A stretch of DNA of 63,803 nucleotides from Chiloscyllium plagiosum. Its lineage: Eukaryota. Where the stretch lies: positions 67,397,065 through 67,460,867 of the forward strand of contig NC_057719.1 in assembly GCF_004010195.1 (NCBI RefSeq). Direction: 5' to 3'. The notes beneath the pieces are model-generated. The model did not search any database. It worked only from the letters and a program-made list of their open reading frames with translations, and was not told the origin of the DNA. This document shows, piece by piece, positions 37,313 to 51,560 of this stretch (its first letter is position 1; each line of letters opens with the position of its first letter). A program made the translations under genes and the position numbers.

Positions 37313-40300
37313 TATGATGTAAACTGTAGGATTTATATCTATAGTTTTATTGTTTGTTGCTGCAAACTTGGATTTCCCAGCTGAACTAATTGGTGTTTTT
37401 GCTGTGCATATGAAGTTAATAATTAACTTCTATGCATTTCTGTAAGCATGGTGAGGGTTAGGAGCAGTTTTTATAACCTGGCTGTAGAGTGGATGGATTT
37501 TGTATACTAATTGCTTGCTTTAAATTGTTTGTGATCCAGAAAGCAATTAATGGGCCCAAAAATTATGCCCATTAATTAATCCAGTTCTTTTTCTAGATTG
37601 GGGGAGGCATTGTTGACTGAATGAGAGAAACTTTTAGTTTCATTTTTAAGGTTGGGTAGTATTTTAGTCCTGTGAAGAGCTTGGAAATGGATGTCTATAT
37701 AAAACAGTTCACTTTTTGAAAAGAGATGGATATAGTGAATTAGGTTCTTAGAGTGAGTGGTTCGTGACCATTCCAGACCAATTAAGGACTGCAAATAGTT
37801 ATTTCGGTTTAGTGCAGAGAAGCTAAAATATGTGATAACTCCACAAAGACGCATTCACAGTTCCAGTTTAAAACAAACAACTCCAAAGAGACTTGAACCT
37901 ACTGAGGTGTAAGGGTATTGGTGAGTTGGAAAATATTTGGGGTACTAAATGAAGAGTGCTTCTGGATTTCCAAGAAGATGCACTTTACAGTGCAGCAAGG
38001 AAGGTTTCTGAACAGTGCCTTCAGACAGTAACAAAGGAACAGGAGTACAGTAAGGAATGGTGTAACAACTCCTGTACTGCCCTGATTTGTGACCAGTAAT
38101 CCAGCAAAGTACTGTAAAGACTCAGTTCTGAGTTTGATGGATTATGGAGGTACAAACTGCATGCAAGATGTCCTCAGTGTGAAGATGGTGATTGCATCAA
38201 TGTCATGTGACTTGTCCTGATTTTTGACTTTTCTGTAGTGCACTTGAATGGCTTGTTTGACCATTTTAGAGGGTTGCAAAAAGGCAGCCACAATGCGAAC
38301 ATACCTAATAATCATTTGGCTTCTGTATTGTCTGATCAGAAGGACAAGAAATTGGAAAGTAAAATTAAAATAGAGAGAGGTAAAACAAAAAATGTATCTA
38401 GTCAAATTCCAATAAATAAAAAACCCTAAATCTGTTTAGATTACGTCTAGGCATTTTTCAATGAATTTAGCAAAAACATAGCAAAAGGAACTATTGTACT
38501 ATTTAATAATTCATTATAAAATGTGTAGTGCCAGAGGACTGGTGAATAAGCAATAAAAAGAAGGAAATAAAGAGTTATCCTGATATTGTTGATTTGGAGT
38601 AAGAGCTAGGGCCTCAAGTATGGTTGAGAAAGGTTAGGAGGAAGCTCTCGTACAGCGGAAATGCCATCATGGACTGTTGGGCTGAATGGCCAGTTTCTTT
38701 ATTGAATATTCTGTTTAGTTCCATGTAAGACCATAAAGCAAATTATGTATTAGAAACTGATTTGTAACCTACTCAAGTATCAATAATTATCAGAAGTACT
38801 CCAAAACCAGGAAACAGATCATGTCAGAACGCTGAAAGGCGCACTGTTATATCTCAAGTTGTATTCTTAGAATTTATACAGTAAATATAAAGAGGACATT
38901 TAGCTTATCATGACTCTGCAAGCCCTTTGAAAGAACGATCCCATTCATTCCAATAACATCCTCAATCTTGTCCCATAGCCAAGCAAGTATTTCTCTTTTA
39001 AATATAAATCTAAGTAATTTCGCATTCACATGATTCAATAAATGCACTGAGCAAAGACACTGAAAGTGAAGTGAATATCAATCAGAGATTCAGGACAATA
39101 AGGCATAGCCCTACCAAGATACATAATGAGTGAGGCTTTCTAGCTAGGAGTGAATGATGATAGAATGACCCCCATGTATGTAATGTCCACTCTGCAATGT
39201 CACTTATTAATTAGAATTAAATAAATTAAAGAATCTATTCACTTAATAGATATTGAAGGCGAAATTGTTTCTCTATTGATAGATTTCATGATAAAGTCAG
39301 TGTGACTACAGACCACAATTTTTCACCAAAATTATCGACAAGAGGAATTTCATCCCCATAGAAACCTAGTAATGGATTCTCCTTTGTGTTGATTCTATGG
39401 AAATAATGAAACACCAACAGCATGCAATATTAGATATTTAATTTGAGAGTCAATCTGAAGTAAAGGGTTATTAAAAACATTACATTCATCTTCTGCAGAA
39501 CAGTCCACTTAAATGCCCGTCCTTTGGGTGCATAATTCCACAACCGTCTGACTTGCTTCCTCTGCTCATTCGGCTGTTGAAACCGGTGTACAATACAAAT
39601 TTAAAAACTTCCTTTTATGAAGCATGTAGCATTTGAAATTCACGAATGCATTTTCACCTCCCTAACATGAGCACTGTCTCTCCACAGCCGGTTAGATAGT
39701 GTAAATTTATCCAGAGCAGCTTAAGTTGCACTGTTATCAGAAATTTAAAATACTCCTTTATCGTTGTGCATTCATTTAATCTCCTTGATCAAGTACACTG
39801 CTGCTGAATCTGAACAAATGGTGGAAAGTCAAATGGCATTTTTGTTTTCAAGGCATAGCCAGTACTTTTAAATTCCTTCTGTAGATCATGAGGTTATCAA
39901 AGTAACCTTGCTGAAGGGTCTAAAATCAGCACTGAACTATTTTTGTATGATTAGGTGAGCAGAATTAGAGACTGGCTTAGACCAGATACAGTTAAAATTA
40001 GCTCATATATACCTTTGGAAATGCAGTAACTCTGAAGAGGTTAGTCACATGCAGCAATGCTCTCTACCTAGAATTTCTGGCCAGTACACTAGGCAGTACA
40101 AAGCATTACAATGAATTGTCTATTTCTGACAGTGCTCAAGTGGTTTGATCATTTATTACATAAGGTTGAAACCAAGACTTGCAATGCAAACAATAGAATT
40201 ATTTCACAATGGAAGATGGGGGCAGTAGGCCCACCAGAAACGTTAATTGTCACTGCCTACATTACTTTTCAGAACATATGTCCAATTTTTATATATTCTT

Positions 40301-41597
40301 GCTTTTCAAGTGTTATTCTGTCATATTTTGCTTGAGCAGTGAAGGACTGATGGCTCATCTCTAGTCACTCTTTTCATCCACAGAAAAACTAAAAAGTAAA
40401 ATAAATAGAGCTGCTCATTTATTTCATCCTTCCTACTTTAAGCAGGGTAGGAATTCTGCATCACCATTCATAATAAACCTATTCCACCCACATGGGCCCA
40501 TGACAAAATAAGCTATTTGACAGACACTGGTCGAACTCATTGCAAAAAAACATGCCATTATTTCTGCTGGTTGATGTCATTGGTAAAATATTATAACGTT
40601 GTTTCACCTGCACTCATTGCAAATCATTTTTGACCATTAACCTTCATGCTCTCACAATATTTCATTGAATTTGTTAAGGCAGCCTTATTTATCAGATCAC
40701 AATGCACATTCTGTCTTGAAGGTTTGGTGAGATTGAAAATGTTTGTGCTCATTATCAACAGTAGGCATTGATATGAATAGATCCATGAGCCTTTCTTTCT
40801 TCGCCACTCAAGCATTTCAACTGCAAATCTCACGTTTAAAAAAAAAAGCTGGCATTAACAGTTAGATGTTTAACCAAACCATAAGTACATCCCAGCTCTG
40901 TCTGTTATCAACTTGCACACTTATCAAACAAGGGAATCTTTATAGAAGCTACTCCTGCTCTTTGTGTAGCTTTGTTTCAATAAAGGTTGAAAGCTTTTCG
41001 GTTGTATTTGGGCAGGTGTAGGACTCTGAACAAATAGATCATCTGTCAGCACGTCCTTGAATTAGTCATGAGCTAAAATTTCCTCAACTTAATCACAAAA
41101 ATATGACAGATCACAGTCTGTGGATAGATTTTGTTTAGGTAGGGAACAGTTTAATTAGTTTTTCTCTTCTCATTTTGTGCTTGTTGGCACTCCCTTCAAA
41201 TAGCATCTGTCATTGCATGACTGAGAGGCCAGGAGGAGGAGCCACCAGATCTTCTCTTTAAAGATTTAGATTTAGTATCCTGGGATTCACTTGTCTCCTC
41301 ATTTTTTTTCCTCTGTAAGAAGCTGTCATCATTTGCCTTGATGGTGCATACATATAGCGGAAAGAGCAGGAGATGGGGTGGAATATGACCTGAGAATATT
41401 AAGATCTCATGGTCCATTGTATCCCAAAAATCACATGAAGCATGACATGCTACTGCTATCATACTGCTCAATGCTGCTCTGTAGACAAGCAGGAGGCTGG
41501 AAGAATACAGCAAGGCATGTATCTCAATGTTAGCCCAGACACTTATTTGACTGTGAGTACAATGTTTGCATACAATAACTACCTTCAATACATGTCT

Positions 41598-41750
41598 AAA
41601 ATAAAACAAAGAACTGTGAATGCTGGTGATCTGAAGCAAAACCAGATATTACTTCAATAGAATAGTTACTAGACTTAAAAGATTAACTCCTTCTTCCCAC
41701 AGATGCTGCCAGACCTGCTGACTTTTGCCAGCAATTTCTGTTTCTGTTTC
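41598..41750. mobile_element. Internally deleted copy of the 17290-17530 fold-back element, with TSD
   Basis: CACAGATGCTGCCAGACCTGCTGA...GCAATTTCTGTT; flanked by TTCAATACATGTCT (41584-41597) and TTCAATAAATGTCT (41748-41761). Confidence 0.75.
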
Positions 41751-42305
41751 AATAAATGTCTTTTGGATTCTTCAGTGCCATACTATCCTAGTTTCTTAGT
41801 TTTCAGATAGAAATACCCGGCTGGGGGCAAATTTACATCCTGGTGAGGAGCAGTGGTTGGTGAAAAAAAATCTTTCAAAATTGTGGTAAATGTTTAGAAA
41901 ACTAATTGAAGACAAACAGGATAACATTGTGCGATATTAGAAAACATGGACAATCAAGAGCGGCAGTTTCTAAGCATACATCAAACATACAGAGGTTTAG
42001 AGAGGGCACTGACTACCAAAAAGACATTGTTAATTTCTCTTGATTGGAAAGTAAGCAGCTGTTGCAAGATGAAAGAAATTTCTAAGATTGCCTCAATTAA
42101 AAATGAAAGTAAAGTTGCAGTCTACTTCTGAGTTGGGACACTAATATGCTCTGTCCTAACAGTTGGTACAAAATTAACAATCTCTCATAACAGCCTCTTA
42201 AACAAGGAACAATTTTAATTTCCATTGGCATAAAGCCAAGGAGTTGTTTTTTTCCTGAATTTACATTTACTTAAAGCTACAGTCCAGCATTATTAAGGAT
42301 GAATC

Positions 42306-42760
42306 ATGGATAGTAAAACTGTAACTATGGAATGGGCATCCAGAGACACTTTTACTGAATTACAACTGTTCAACAAATGTATGTAGTTTTATTTTACAGC
42401 TCAAACAATTAATATTTCTAAGAAAAGAGCTTTGAAAATCTTGCCAACCATTGGTGAGGAGGTTTTTTGTAAAAATCATATGTCCTGTTTTTTTCTGTGC
42501 AGAATTAAAAATATCTAGCAAAGATCTGGATAAATTCCCTCAGGAAAGCTTAAGCATAGACTTAATTTCAGGATTAACAGACTCAAATTCAGTCATACAG
42601 ACAGTAATCTCAAGAGTCAATGACCAGTTTAGAGTTATAGAGTCTAGAGTCATACAGCAGTTGGAAGATACCTTAACAAAGGGCAAGAATATGATATTTT
42701 TCAAAGAGGAACTATCAAAAAGGCTGGGTGAGTTTAACGCCATAGTTGCAGGCCAACACT
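42306..42760 (+). pseudogene. Gypsy-type LTR retrotransposon gag relic
   Basis: MDSKTVTMEWASRDTFTELQLFNKCM*FYF..KRALKILPTIGEE, then FFKEELSKRL and AIVAGQ, resembling Gypsy gag N-termini (MDW...EF.LFKQR..YF..KILL.IG.EG). Confidence 0.5.
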
Positions 42761-42879
42761 TAAGATGTCCATGTCAGTTCAAAGTCTGATTACACTAAAC
42801 CTATTTAGTGTAGCTCTGAAGACAATAGCACAAAAGTGAATATCTAAGTACAATTTAAATGTCATGAGAGTTTCTGACT

Positions 42880-44330
42880 CAGTCGAACTTGCAGTCAGTG
42901 AGTTCTAGACTCTCATCATCGTCTGGGTGAAAAACATTCTCCTCAACTCTCCTCTTGGCCTTCTACCACTTACCTTCAACATATGCCCCTGGTTATTGAC
43001 CTCTTTCCTAATGGAAAAAAATAGTCTTCATTTTCAGCCCTATCATAACCTTAACAATCACCTTGCAAATTTTGTTTCTACAAGAAAAACGCCAGCCATC
43101 CAATCTTTCCTCATCACTCAGATCCTCTAGCCCAGGCAGCTTAAAATAATTCTTCTTTGCATACTTTCTGGTGCAATTGCATCCTTTCCATTATGTGATA
43201 ACAAAGTCTGTTTGCTATACTCTAGTTGTGATCTAATCAGCATGTTATACAGTTCCATTATAACCTTTCCTGAACAAATCCATTCTGACTTGTCCTGGTT
43301 AATGCATGTCTTTCCAAGTGCTGACATATTTTGTTCCTGAGAATTCTTTGTTTCACTTTCCCCACCAGAGAGATTAGACTGACTATCCTGTAATTATCTA
43401 TTCTTTCGCTCTGCCACCATAATTCGCAACCTCTATAAAAGATGGGACATTGCTCTTACATTCTATGCCTTGGCTAACAAAGGCAAGTATCACACATGCC
43501 TTCTTACGTACCTTGTCTACCTGCCAGCTATATTCAGAAATCTGTACACAGTATGTTTTCACCATTTTCCAGAGTCCTCGCATTCATTGTATTAGCCCTT
43601 GCTTTGCCTCATTAGCACTCCCAAAGTGAATTACCTAATAATTGTCCAGATTGAATTCTATTTGCCACTACACAGCCCACTTGACCAGTCCATTGATATC
43701 CCCCTCTGATTTACGACTATCCTTCTCAAGAGTTACTATCCAACCACTTTTCATAATATCAGTAAACTTGTTGATCATACCCCTATAACACAAAGCCCTG
43801 TGAAACCCAAATGACAACAGACTTCCAGTTATGCAGTCATTCATCTACCAATGTCCTCTGCTTTATGCCTCTCAGCCAATTTTTGATCCGATGTATCACT
43901 TTGCTTTGAATCCCATGGATTCATTTTTATTGACCAGTCTACCATGGCGGACATTAGTAAAAATTTTGCTAAACTCCACGTAGACCACATCAAATATATT
44001 ACCTTTATCAACATTCCTAGCTCACCTCCTCAAAAAAATTGGATCAAAATCGTCAAGCATAACCTTTCCTGAACAAATCCATTCTGACTATCCCTGATGA
44101 ATGCATGTCTTTCCAAGTGCTGACATATTCTGTTCCTGAGAATTCTTTGTTTTAATCTCCCCACCACAGACATTAAACTGACTATCCTGCAATTATCTAG
44201 TCTTTTCCTGTGTCGCCACATCTCTCAACCTTTATAAATGATGGGACATTGCTGGCTGTCCCATCTCCACTGGCACCTGACCTCTGGCTAGAGAGGATTT
44301 GAAAGCTACTGCAGGGCCAGAATTGATAAC
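42880..44330 (-). mobile_element. Degenerate CR1 LINE with internal duplication
   Basis: ORF pieces NCRIVSLMSVVGRL..IRDSQNGFV, ELYNMLIRSQLEY, MQRR. Confidence 0.8.
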
Positions 44331-46404
44331 TCCTCCTTTCTCTCCCTCAACTACCCCAGAGTGCCATGAATGTTGGGACATTGAGTAAATTTAAGGAGGT
44401 GATAGACAGGCTTTTAATTAGTAATGGGTTGAAGGTTTTTAGACAGCAAGCAGGAAAATGGAGCTGAGGCAGAGATGAGATCAGCCATGATTGCATTCAA
44501 TGGATGGAGCAGTCTCAAGAGGTTGAATTGCCGACTCCTGCTCTTGCTTCTTAAGGTTATATAACAGCGCAGACAGGGGATGGGATAGGTATTATAACAA
44601 GAGCAGGGGTGTGGGGGTAGATGGTTGAACAAATCTGAAGGTGACAAACAATCAGCATAAATGCAACTTTTTTCTGCCCCTGTCAGATACTACACAATGG
44701 CTTATATGACTTAGGACCCCATTTTAGATCACCTGACTTTCGTTCCTCAAGCATCACGTTTGAGAACTAAAACAAAAAATCAGTCTGCCAAAATCTGCCA
44801 ATAATACAATCACTAAATTTGTTTGGCCCTGAACATCCAATTTAGATTCCACTGATTTTTTTGAATATCTTTTAAATGCATACTGATTGCAGAAGTGGTT
44901 CAATTATCCTTTAAATGCTGTAAGTTTTGTACCTCTATGCAAAACAATATTAATGAGGTGCTTCACAAGCTCTTCCAACAAAACAGGAGAATTCCTTTGT
45001 GATATTTAATAAGAAATAAACCTATTCAAGTTTAAAACATTGTAAGGAAACTTGAATATTTTACATCTTATTTTCAATCATCCTTGCTTGAAAATTCCAA
45101 GAGTTTAAATTGAACTCGTTGCTGTCTATTACTATTCAAAGAATCCTTTCTTTCACATGGGTTCAGCTATTGAAGTGACCAGGCTATTGGGCTGGAGATG
45201 ACACCATACTTGGAGAAAATCCTGCTTTCACTCCATGGCTACACATGCCCCAGTGTCTGTCACTGGCTCAGATCACTTCGTTGAGCACTTGACTAGGATT
45301 TGAATTCTGGACCTTCAATTACATCTAGCTCCAGCTGACACCACTCAATAACTAGACAGTCAACATCAGTTCTTAGCATTACCATTTCTCATCATTGACT
45401 CAATGATAGAACTCTGAGATCAATTCCAGAAAAGAAATAAAGAACTGCTGGCATCATGATAACAAAAGAGACAGGAAGTAATCAGGCAAGATATTTTTCA
45501 TATATTTCAAATATCCAACCATATGTCCACTTAGTTCATTTCACTCCATAAGTCAGTATTAAAATGTGGCTCTTATAAAAATTTTACTTGAATTCACAAG
45601 ACACTACATTCAGTTTACCAAGTCAATTGCTTCCACAGTCTAGTCTTTATCTATCCCCATCATGGAACTTACTTCACATACTTAATCCACTGAGACTAAA
45701 TTTTGCACAGATTTTCTGATTTACAAAGTCCAATTGAGAAAAATCTTGATTGTTAATCTGTTCATGTTCCAGATCTCATTGTTAAATCCAAGCATACTGC
45801 TATTCAGACATGACCTGGCATCGTTTGGAAACTTTCTACAGATGTGTAGCAATTGTACCCAAATTCATCTCTATCTCCGCTAATGGATATCACTTCATCA
45901 ACCTGGTTTTGTCTTTCATCTTTAGTATGTAATAGCTTCCAGATCTTATTTAGAACCTCATTTATTTTGTTTGTCTGCTTTTGTTCATAATATTACATTT
46001 TTTAATATTACAAATAACTATTGCAAAAAGTGATCCATAAACCACTGCAGAATATTGTTTGAACGATGCCTCTGGTTAGGATAATCTTCTGCTTTCTGTG
46101 GGCAGCAAATTTTCTGTTCAGCTAATTGATCACAAAGTCCACAGACTGAGTTTTCCCAATTGCAGTTAAAATGCGGTGGCAAGTAAGTTTCAAGACATTT
46201 AGTCTGCCATGACGTGGGAATGAATCTTCTCACCCATTCTTCAATCACTTGATTAATTATTGTGTCGTCGGGTGCATTTCACTGGGAATCGAGGAGTGAA
46301 CCTGATGGAAGAGCTCATCACTACCAGAACTTTCTAGCTTCCATGTATCTGATGTCACATGTAGAAATCAGCTGCACTCCCCTTTCAAAAACTACTTCAA
46401 AACA

Positions 46405-47255
46405 GAGAAACATAGGAACTAGGAGCAGGAGTTGGCCATTTGGCCTTTTGAATCTGCTCTGTCTTTCAATATGGACATCGTTGATCATCTACCTCAATGC
46501 CCTATTCCTGCTTTCCTCCCATACACCATGATGTCATTAAAATCTAAAAGTGTATTTCTTTCTTTCTTGAGTATATTCAATGACTTAGCCTTCACAGCCT
46601 TCCATGATGGACAATTCCACAGTTCACGACCCTTTGAGTGAAGACGTTTTTCCTCATCTCAGTTTTAAATGGTCTGCTCCATACCTTAGGACTCTGTATG
46701 CTGGTTCTAGATTCCAAGCCAGGGAAATGTCCTCCTATTATGTCCACCTCTATTAAGATTTCATGAGTTTCAATCAGACCCCTCTCATCCTTTTAAAGTC
46801 TAGTGGGCTGGCATGGTGCCTCAGTGGTTAGCACTGCTGCCTCACAGCACCAGGAACCCGGGTTCGATTCCAACCTTGGGCGATAGTCTGTGTGGAGTTT
46901 GCACATTCTCCCCTGGTCTTTGTGGGTTTCCTCCAGGTGCTCCGGTTTCCTCCCACCGTCCAAAGATGTGCAGGTTAGATGAATTGGCCATGCTAAATTG
47001 CCCATAGTGTTAGGTGCATTAGTCAGGGGGTAAGTATGGGGAATGGGTCTGGGTGGGTTACTCTTCGGAGCGTCGGTGTAGACTTGTTGGCCCAAAGGTC
47101 CTGTTTCCATACTGTAGGGAATCTAATTGAACCCTTATCTTCTCATAGAACAGTCTGCAATCCCTGGTGTCAGTCGAGTGAACCTCTGCTGTATCCCTTT
47201 ATGGCAAGTGTACCCTTTCTAAGGTAGCGAGACCAAAATTCCAAGAGTGATCACA
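46405..47255 (-). mobile_element. CR1 3' fragment interrupted by an HE1 SINE
   Basis: AACATAGGAACTAGGAGCAGGAGTTGGCCATTTGGCC tail; CAATCAGACCCCTCTCATCC; resumes GTGAACCTCTGCTG after the SINE. Confidence 0.75.
46805..47128 (+). mobile_element. HE1-type SINE
   Basis: GGTGCCTCAGTGGTTAGCACTGCTGCCTCACAGC, GGTTCGATTCC, tail CTGTTTCCATACTGTAGGGAATCTAAT. Confidence 0.9.
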
Positions 47256-47354
47256 GTTACACATGATCTACACTTTGTGCAAAGAATTCTTGTCCAACCC
47301 CAAACCTCTTACAGTTAGATTATGCCCTCTGCTCAAGGTGCTAGCATGGCTTGA

Positions 47355-48398
47355 AGTCTGCCTGGTAGAAAGAAGGGGGTGCCATTCTCAGAATGGCAGC
47401 TAGAGACAAGTCGTGTTACATAAGGCTTAGTTTTGGGACCACAATGTTTCACTTTATACATTAACAATCTAGATGAAGGATCTGAAGATATCCTGGCTAA
47501 GATTGCAGATGATACCAAGACAGATAGATGGACAGGTAGCATTGAGATGTCGGGGAGGCTGCAGAAGGATTTGGACAGATTAGGAGAGTGGAGTACAACA
47601 ACATGGGAAAGTGTGAGGCCATATACTTTGGTAGGAAGAATACTATTTTCTAAATGGGGATAAAATTCAGAAATCTGAAGTGCAAAGAGCCTTTGGAGTT
47701 CTAGTCCAGGATTCTTTCAAGGTAAACTCGCAGGTTGAGTCAGTAGTTCAGAAGGCAAATGCAATGATGGCATTTATTTTATGGGGACTTGAATATAAAA
47801 GTAGGGATATATTTCTGAGGTTGTATAAGGTTCTGGTCAGGCCATGTTTGGAATATTGTGTGCAGTTTTTTAGGCCCCATATCTCAGGAAGGATGTATTG
47901 GCCCTGGAGCGTGTACAGAGGAGACTCACGAGAATGGTCCCAGGAATGAAAAGCTTAACATACGAGGAACATTTGAGGACTCTGGGTCTGTACTTGAAGG
48001 AGTTTAGAATGATGAGGGGGGATCTAATTGAAATTTATAGAATACTGAATGGCCTTGATAGAGTGGATAATGGGAAGATGTTTCCATTGGTAGGAGAGAT
48101 AGGACTGAGGGCACAGCCTTAGAGCAAAGGGAAGACCTTTTAGAATGAAGGTAAGGAGAAACTTCTTCAACCAGAGAGTTGTGAATCTATGGAACTCACT
48201 GCCACAGAAGGCTGTGGAGGCCAGGTCTTTGAGTATTTTTAAGACTGAGATCGATATGTTTTTGATTGTCAAGGGGATCAAGGGTTACGGGGAGAAGACG
48301 AGAGAATGGGGTTGAGAAAGTTATCAGCCATGATTGAATGGCAGAGCAGACTCAATAGTCTGAATGACCTAATTTCTGCTCCTATGTCTTATGGTTCC
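47355..48398 (+). mobile_element. CR1 LINE 3' portion
   Basis: GPQCFTLYINNLD, KIADDTK, LYKVLVRPCLEYCVQF, LERVQRRLTRMVPG, RGDLIE; 3' UTR ending CCTATGTCTTATGGT. Confidence 0.9.
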
Positions 48399-51244
48399 TA
48401 ATCTCTCACAAGGGGAAAACAATCTTTCCTCATCTACCCTGTTAAGTCATCTAAGAAGCTTATATGTTTAAATAAGATCCTCTCTTATTTGTCTAAATTC
48501 CAAAAGCAAGGGGCTAAATGGCCTACTTCTGCTCCCACATCTTGTAGTCTAATGCTAAGAAACCAAGCTAAAAGCCATATGATGCCTGTGCCCATGATAG
48601 TGCAGGAGCATCTGTTGTAAATGCACATGAGTCCCTGTATACAGTATTACCTGCAGAAGCTTCAAGTTGTCATTGTTCATCAACTCCAAAATAGAGTGTT
48701 GAAGGCCTGAAGTGATGATTGAATTGATGTAAGAACAGGCATAATGATATGGTGAGGTTGCCGGGTTGTGGAGTTGTGTTGATGACGAGTTAAAAAGGAC
48801 GGTGCCAATGGACCACACAAGAACATTGTTCAGAAGAAGCTTTCCAGGACAAGCATTTGGCAGGCTACAGCAAACAGGCAGCTGCAGTATTTTATCTGTT
48901 GAGAATTTAGGCTATCTCAGCAGGATTGGAGGTGGGATGATAATATGGCGAGTTGGAACTTTACTGAGACATAAAAGCATTGAAATTAGGTTGTCACCAC
49001 TCAAAGAGTGAGATGCTGCAGCTATCACTTAAGACTTGAGGGAAAGATCAGATCATTTTTCTTGAGGTTCAGAGTGTGTTTTTTCCTCTTATTTTGTAAC
49101 CTTATTTGCCATTATTCTTACTACATTTGGAGGCAAAAATTCTGGCTCATAGGTTTATACCCTCTTTGGTCACATCATGTGGAAACTCATCTTTTTGAAA
49201 ACATAAATTATAATGTTCCTGGCATATCCCTTGTCCACTAATTTCTGCTTTTTGGTTTTATTTAGATGAATTTCTTCATGATGCATGCATTGGTGCTGTT
49301 TGTTTATGTTATAAGCTCCTGCATTAAATAGCACTATGCTGAATGTTGACCACAGGACTCAATTCTATAGAGAATGGAATCCAGCAAAAACTTGAAGAAA
49401 TGAAATAAAACAAGTCTTAAAAGTTGCAAAAATCCAAAATGCAGTATATGTCAACATCGTCATATGACTTGGAATATTCAAAATGTCCTTTGGTGACTTT
49501 TATACATGAAAATGATTTTTAAGAGGCAGAAGAGTTTAATCTGTTTCTTTTGATTTTGGAGAATTATCTTATTGGACAGTGAGTAACTTTTAGTAGTGGC
49601 ATCTTTGATTGTTTATTCTCCTCAAGTTCATACAGAATGTTCTTCAACATTAACAGTACCAAAATGCAATGTTGTGACTAGATATCACAATGCACCAATG
49701 ACCACTTTCTTATTTACTCAGATAAGGAGGAACTGATCAGGCAAAGAGTCAAAGTATCTTCTATAGCCTGTCCGAACAGCATTGCAACCCATTATTTGCA
49801 TCTTCATGGTTTCTGATCCAATCTTAATGTTGTGCTGGCACTTTTGTAAAACATTTTGAGAATAAACAGAGTGGGAAAATAAATCAACATTGTAGTTGAA
49901 CTTTTCCTCTTGGGTTGGATTGCTGCTGAAAAGTGTCATGGACCTATAACTTCAACCATCCATCTGAACTTCATCAGTAACACCAAAGTTTTTCAGAGTT
50001 GGCCCAAATTGAGTATTTAACATGAGCTTGCACAGATATCAGTGGCTCAGATTCAGAGCTTGTCAATTTGGGGCTGGCTAATGCTTTGGCTATTGCAAGT
50101 CTGCAGCAATTCTAATGCCGGTTATCAACAATTTTCTTATTTGTTTGAAATTAGGACTCAAAACTTTGGAGAATATGTCAGATCTATAGCAGGCAAAACC
50201 CCACCATCAGATACTCAGAGACCATGTGAACTTGAAGGGAAGGTTCTTTTGAGATGAGGGAAGGATCTGAAATGAAGTGCTCATGAAAGTCCAACAGAAA
50301 GAGGTAGCTGGAAAGATTACAGGCCATTCCAAACCCCCAAACGTTGAAAGGATGTTTACTGAGGTTGCCAGTTCAGGAAAATAAAAATCAAATCAGATCT
50401 TCCAATATTGTTACAAGCTAAGAAACACTAAGATAGTGGTAAAATATTTCAAAATCTTAGCATTAAAAGAGATCATTCTTTATATTAGAGACTTCAGTTG
50501 TAGACGACTATAGCTCTTAAACCCTTGCTGCTATCATGCATTAGTCTTCACCCTCATTGTAATCAATCTACTGACAAGAAAGACTATTCTTTTCTACTGA
50601 AAGCAGTGTTTGACTGCATTTTTGACAATCTGAGGGAACATTCAGACATTTGCACTTTGCTTCTAGAACAAAGCAAGAGAACAGTACTGGAGGAAGATAG
50701 GGATTGTGAATGAGCCATGAGGCCTATGAGGAGGAAGTCATAACAGGTGAAAAGAGATAGGGAGGGGTTGTTTTTCAATTCTTTCCAGCTTAGTTCTCAT
50801 GAGAAAAGTTTGACTAGATGGTTTGTCAATGTCTGGGTGGCACCTCTGTCGATACTAAATGCCCCGAGACCTGCCCAGCATAATTTTCATACAAGCATGC
50901 AACTAGGAGTACAACATGTCCCAACTGAAACAGATAAAAGGCTGTTTACATGTTGCTGGTTGTAGAAACCTGTTTGCAAGTTTCAGCCAGGTGGGTGCAC
51001 ATGCTCCACCCATTTTGCACCAAGTGCTGGGAAGGTATATATTTATAGTTAATGAGAATTGAAATATAGACATGTTTGGACATTTCTGGGTTGCAAAGGA
51101 TTCATCATTGGCCTGCTTGAAACTGAAAAGTCAAAAGGTTAAAGAAAACGGTGGTCTATTTGGTGTTTACAAAAATAAATAGTGGCTTTGGAAAGCAGTG
51201 TCCAGCAAAGGTTTTGAGAGAGAAGTAAGTGATTAAAGAACAGA

Positions 51245-51560
51245 TAGGATCCCTATAGTGTGGAGGCCGGTCATTTGGCCCATCGAGTTCACACCATCCC
51301 TTTGAAGAGCATCCCACCCAGACCCACCACCCATCCCTGTATATCTGTATTTCCCATGGCTCATCCACCTAGCCTGCACATCATGAGCAATTTAGCCTGA
51401 TCAATCCACCTAACCTGCACATCTTTGGACTGTGGAAGGAAACCCATGTGAACACAGGGAGGATGTGCAAATTCCACACAGACTGTGACTCAAGACTAGA
51501 GTTGAACCCAGGTCCCTGGTGCTATGAGGCAGCAATGCTAACCATTCAGCTACTCTGCCA
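51245..51560 (-). mobile_element. HE1-type SINE, older copy
   Basis: CCACCTAACCTGCACATCTTTGGACTGTGG, TGAACCCAGGTCCCTGG, GAGGCAGCAATGCTAACC. Confidence 0.8.

Noticed and set aside
41196..41639. 147-aa minus-strand ORF
   Set aside because: Starts inside a repeat, has no domain and no convincing exon boundaries.
48760..49240. Possible solo LTRs (also ~51040-52650 and ~37320-38010)
   Set aside because: LTR-like composition, but TG..CA ends and TSDs could not be established.
49718..50010. Protein-like minus-strand frame (TQFGPTLKNFGVTDEVQMDG*SYRSMTLFSSNP...)
   Set aside because: In-frame stop, no family I can recognise and no clear splice sites; needs tBLASTx to assess.
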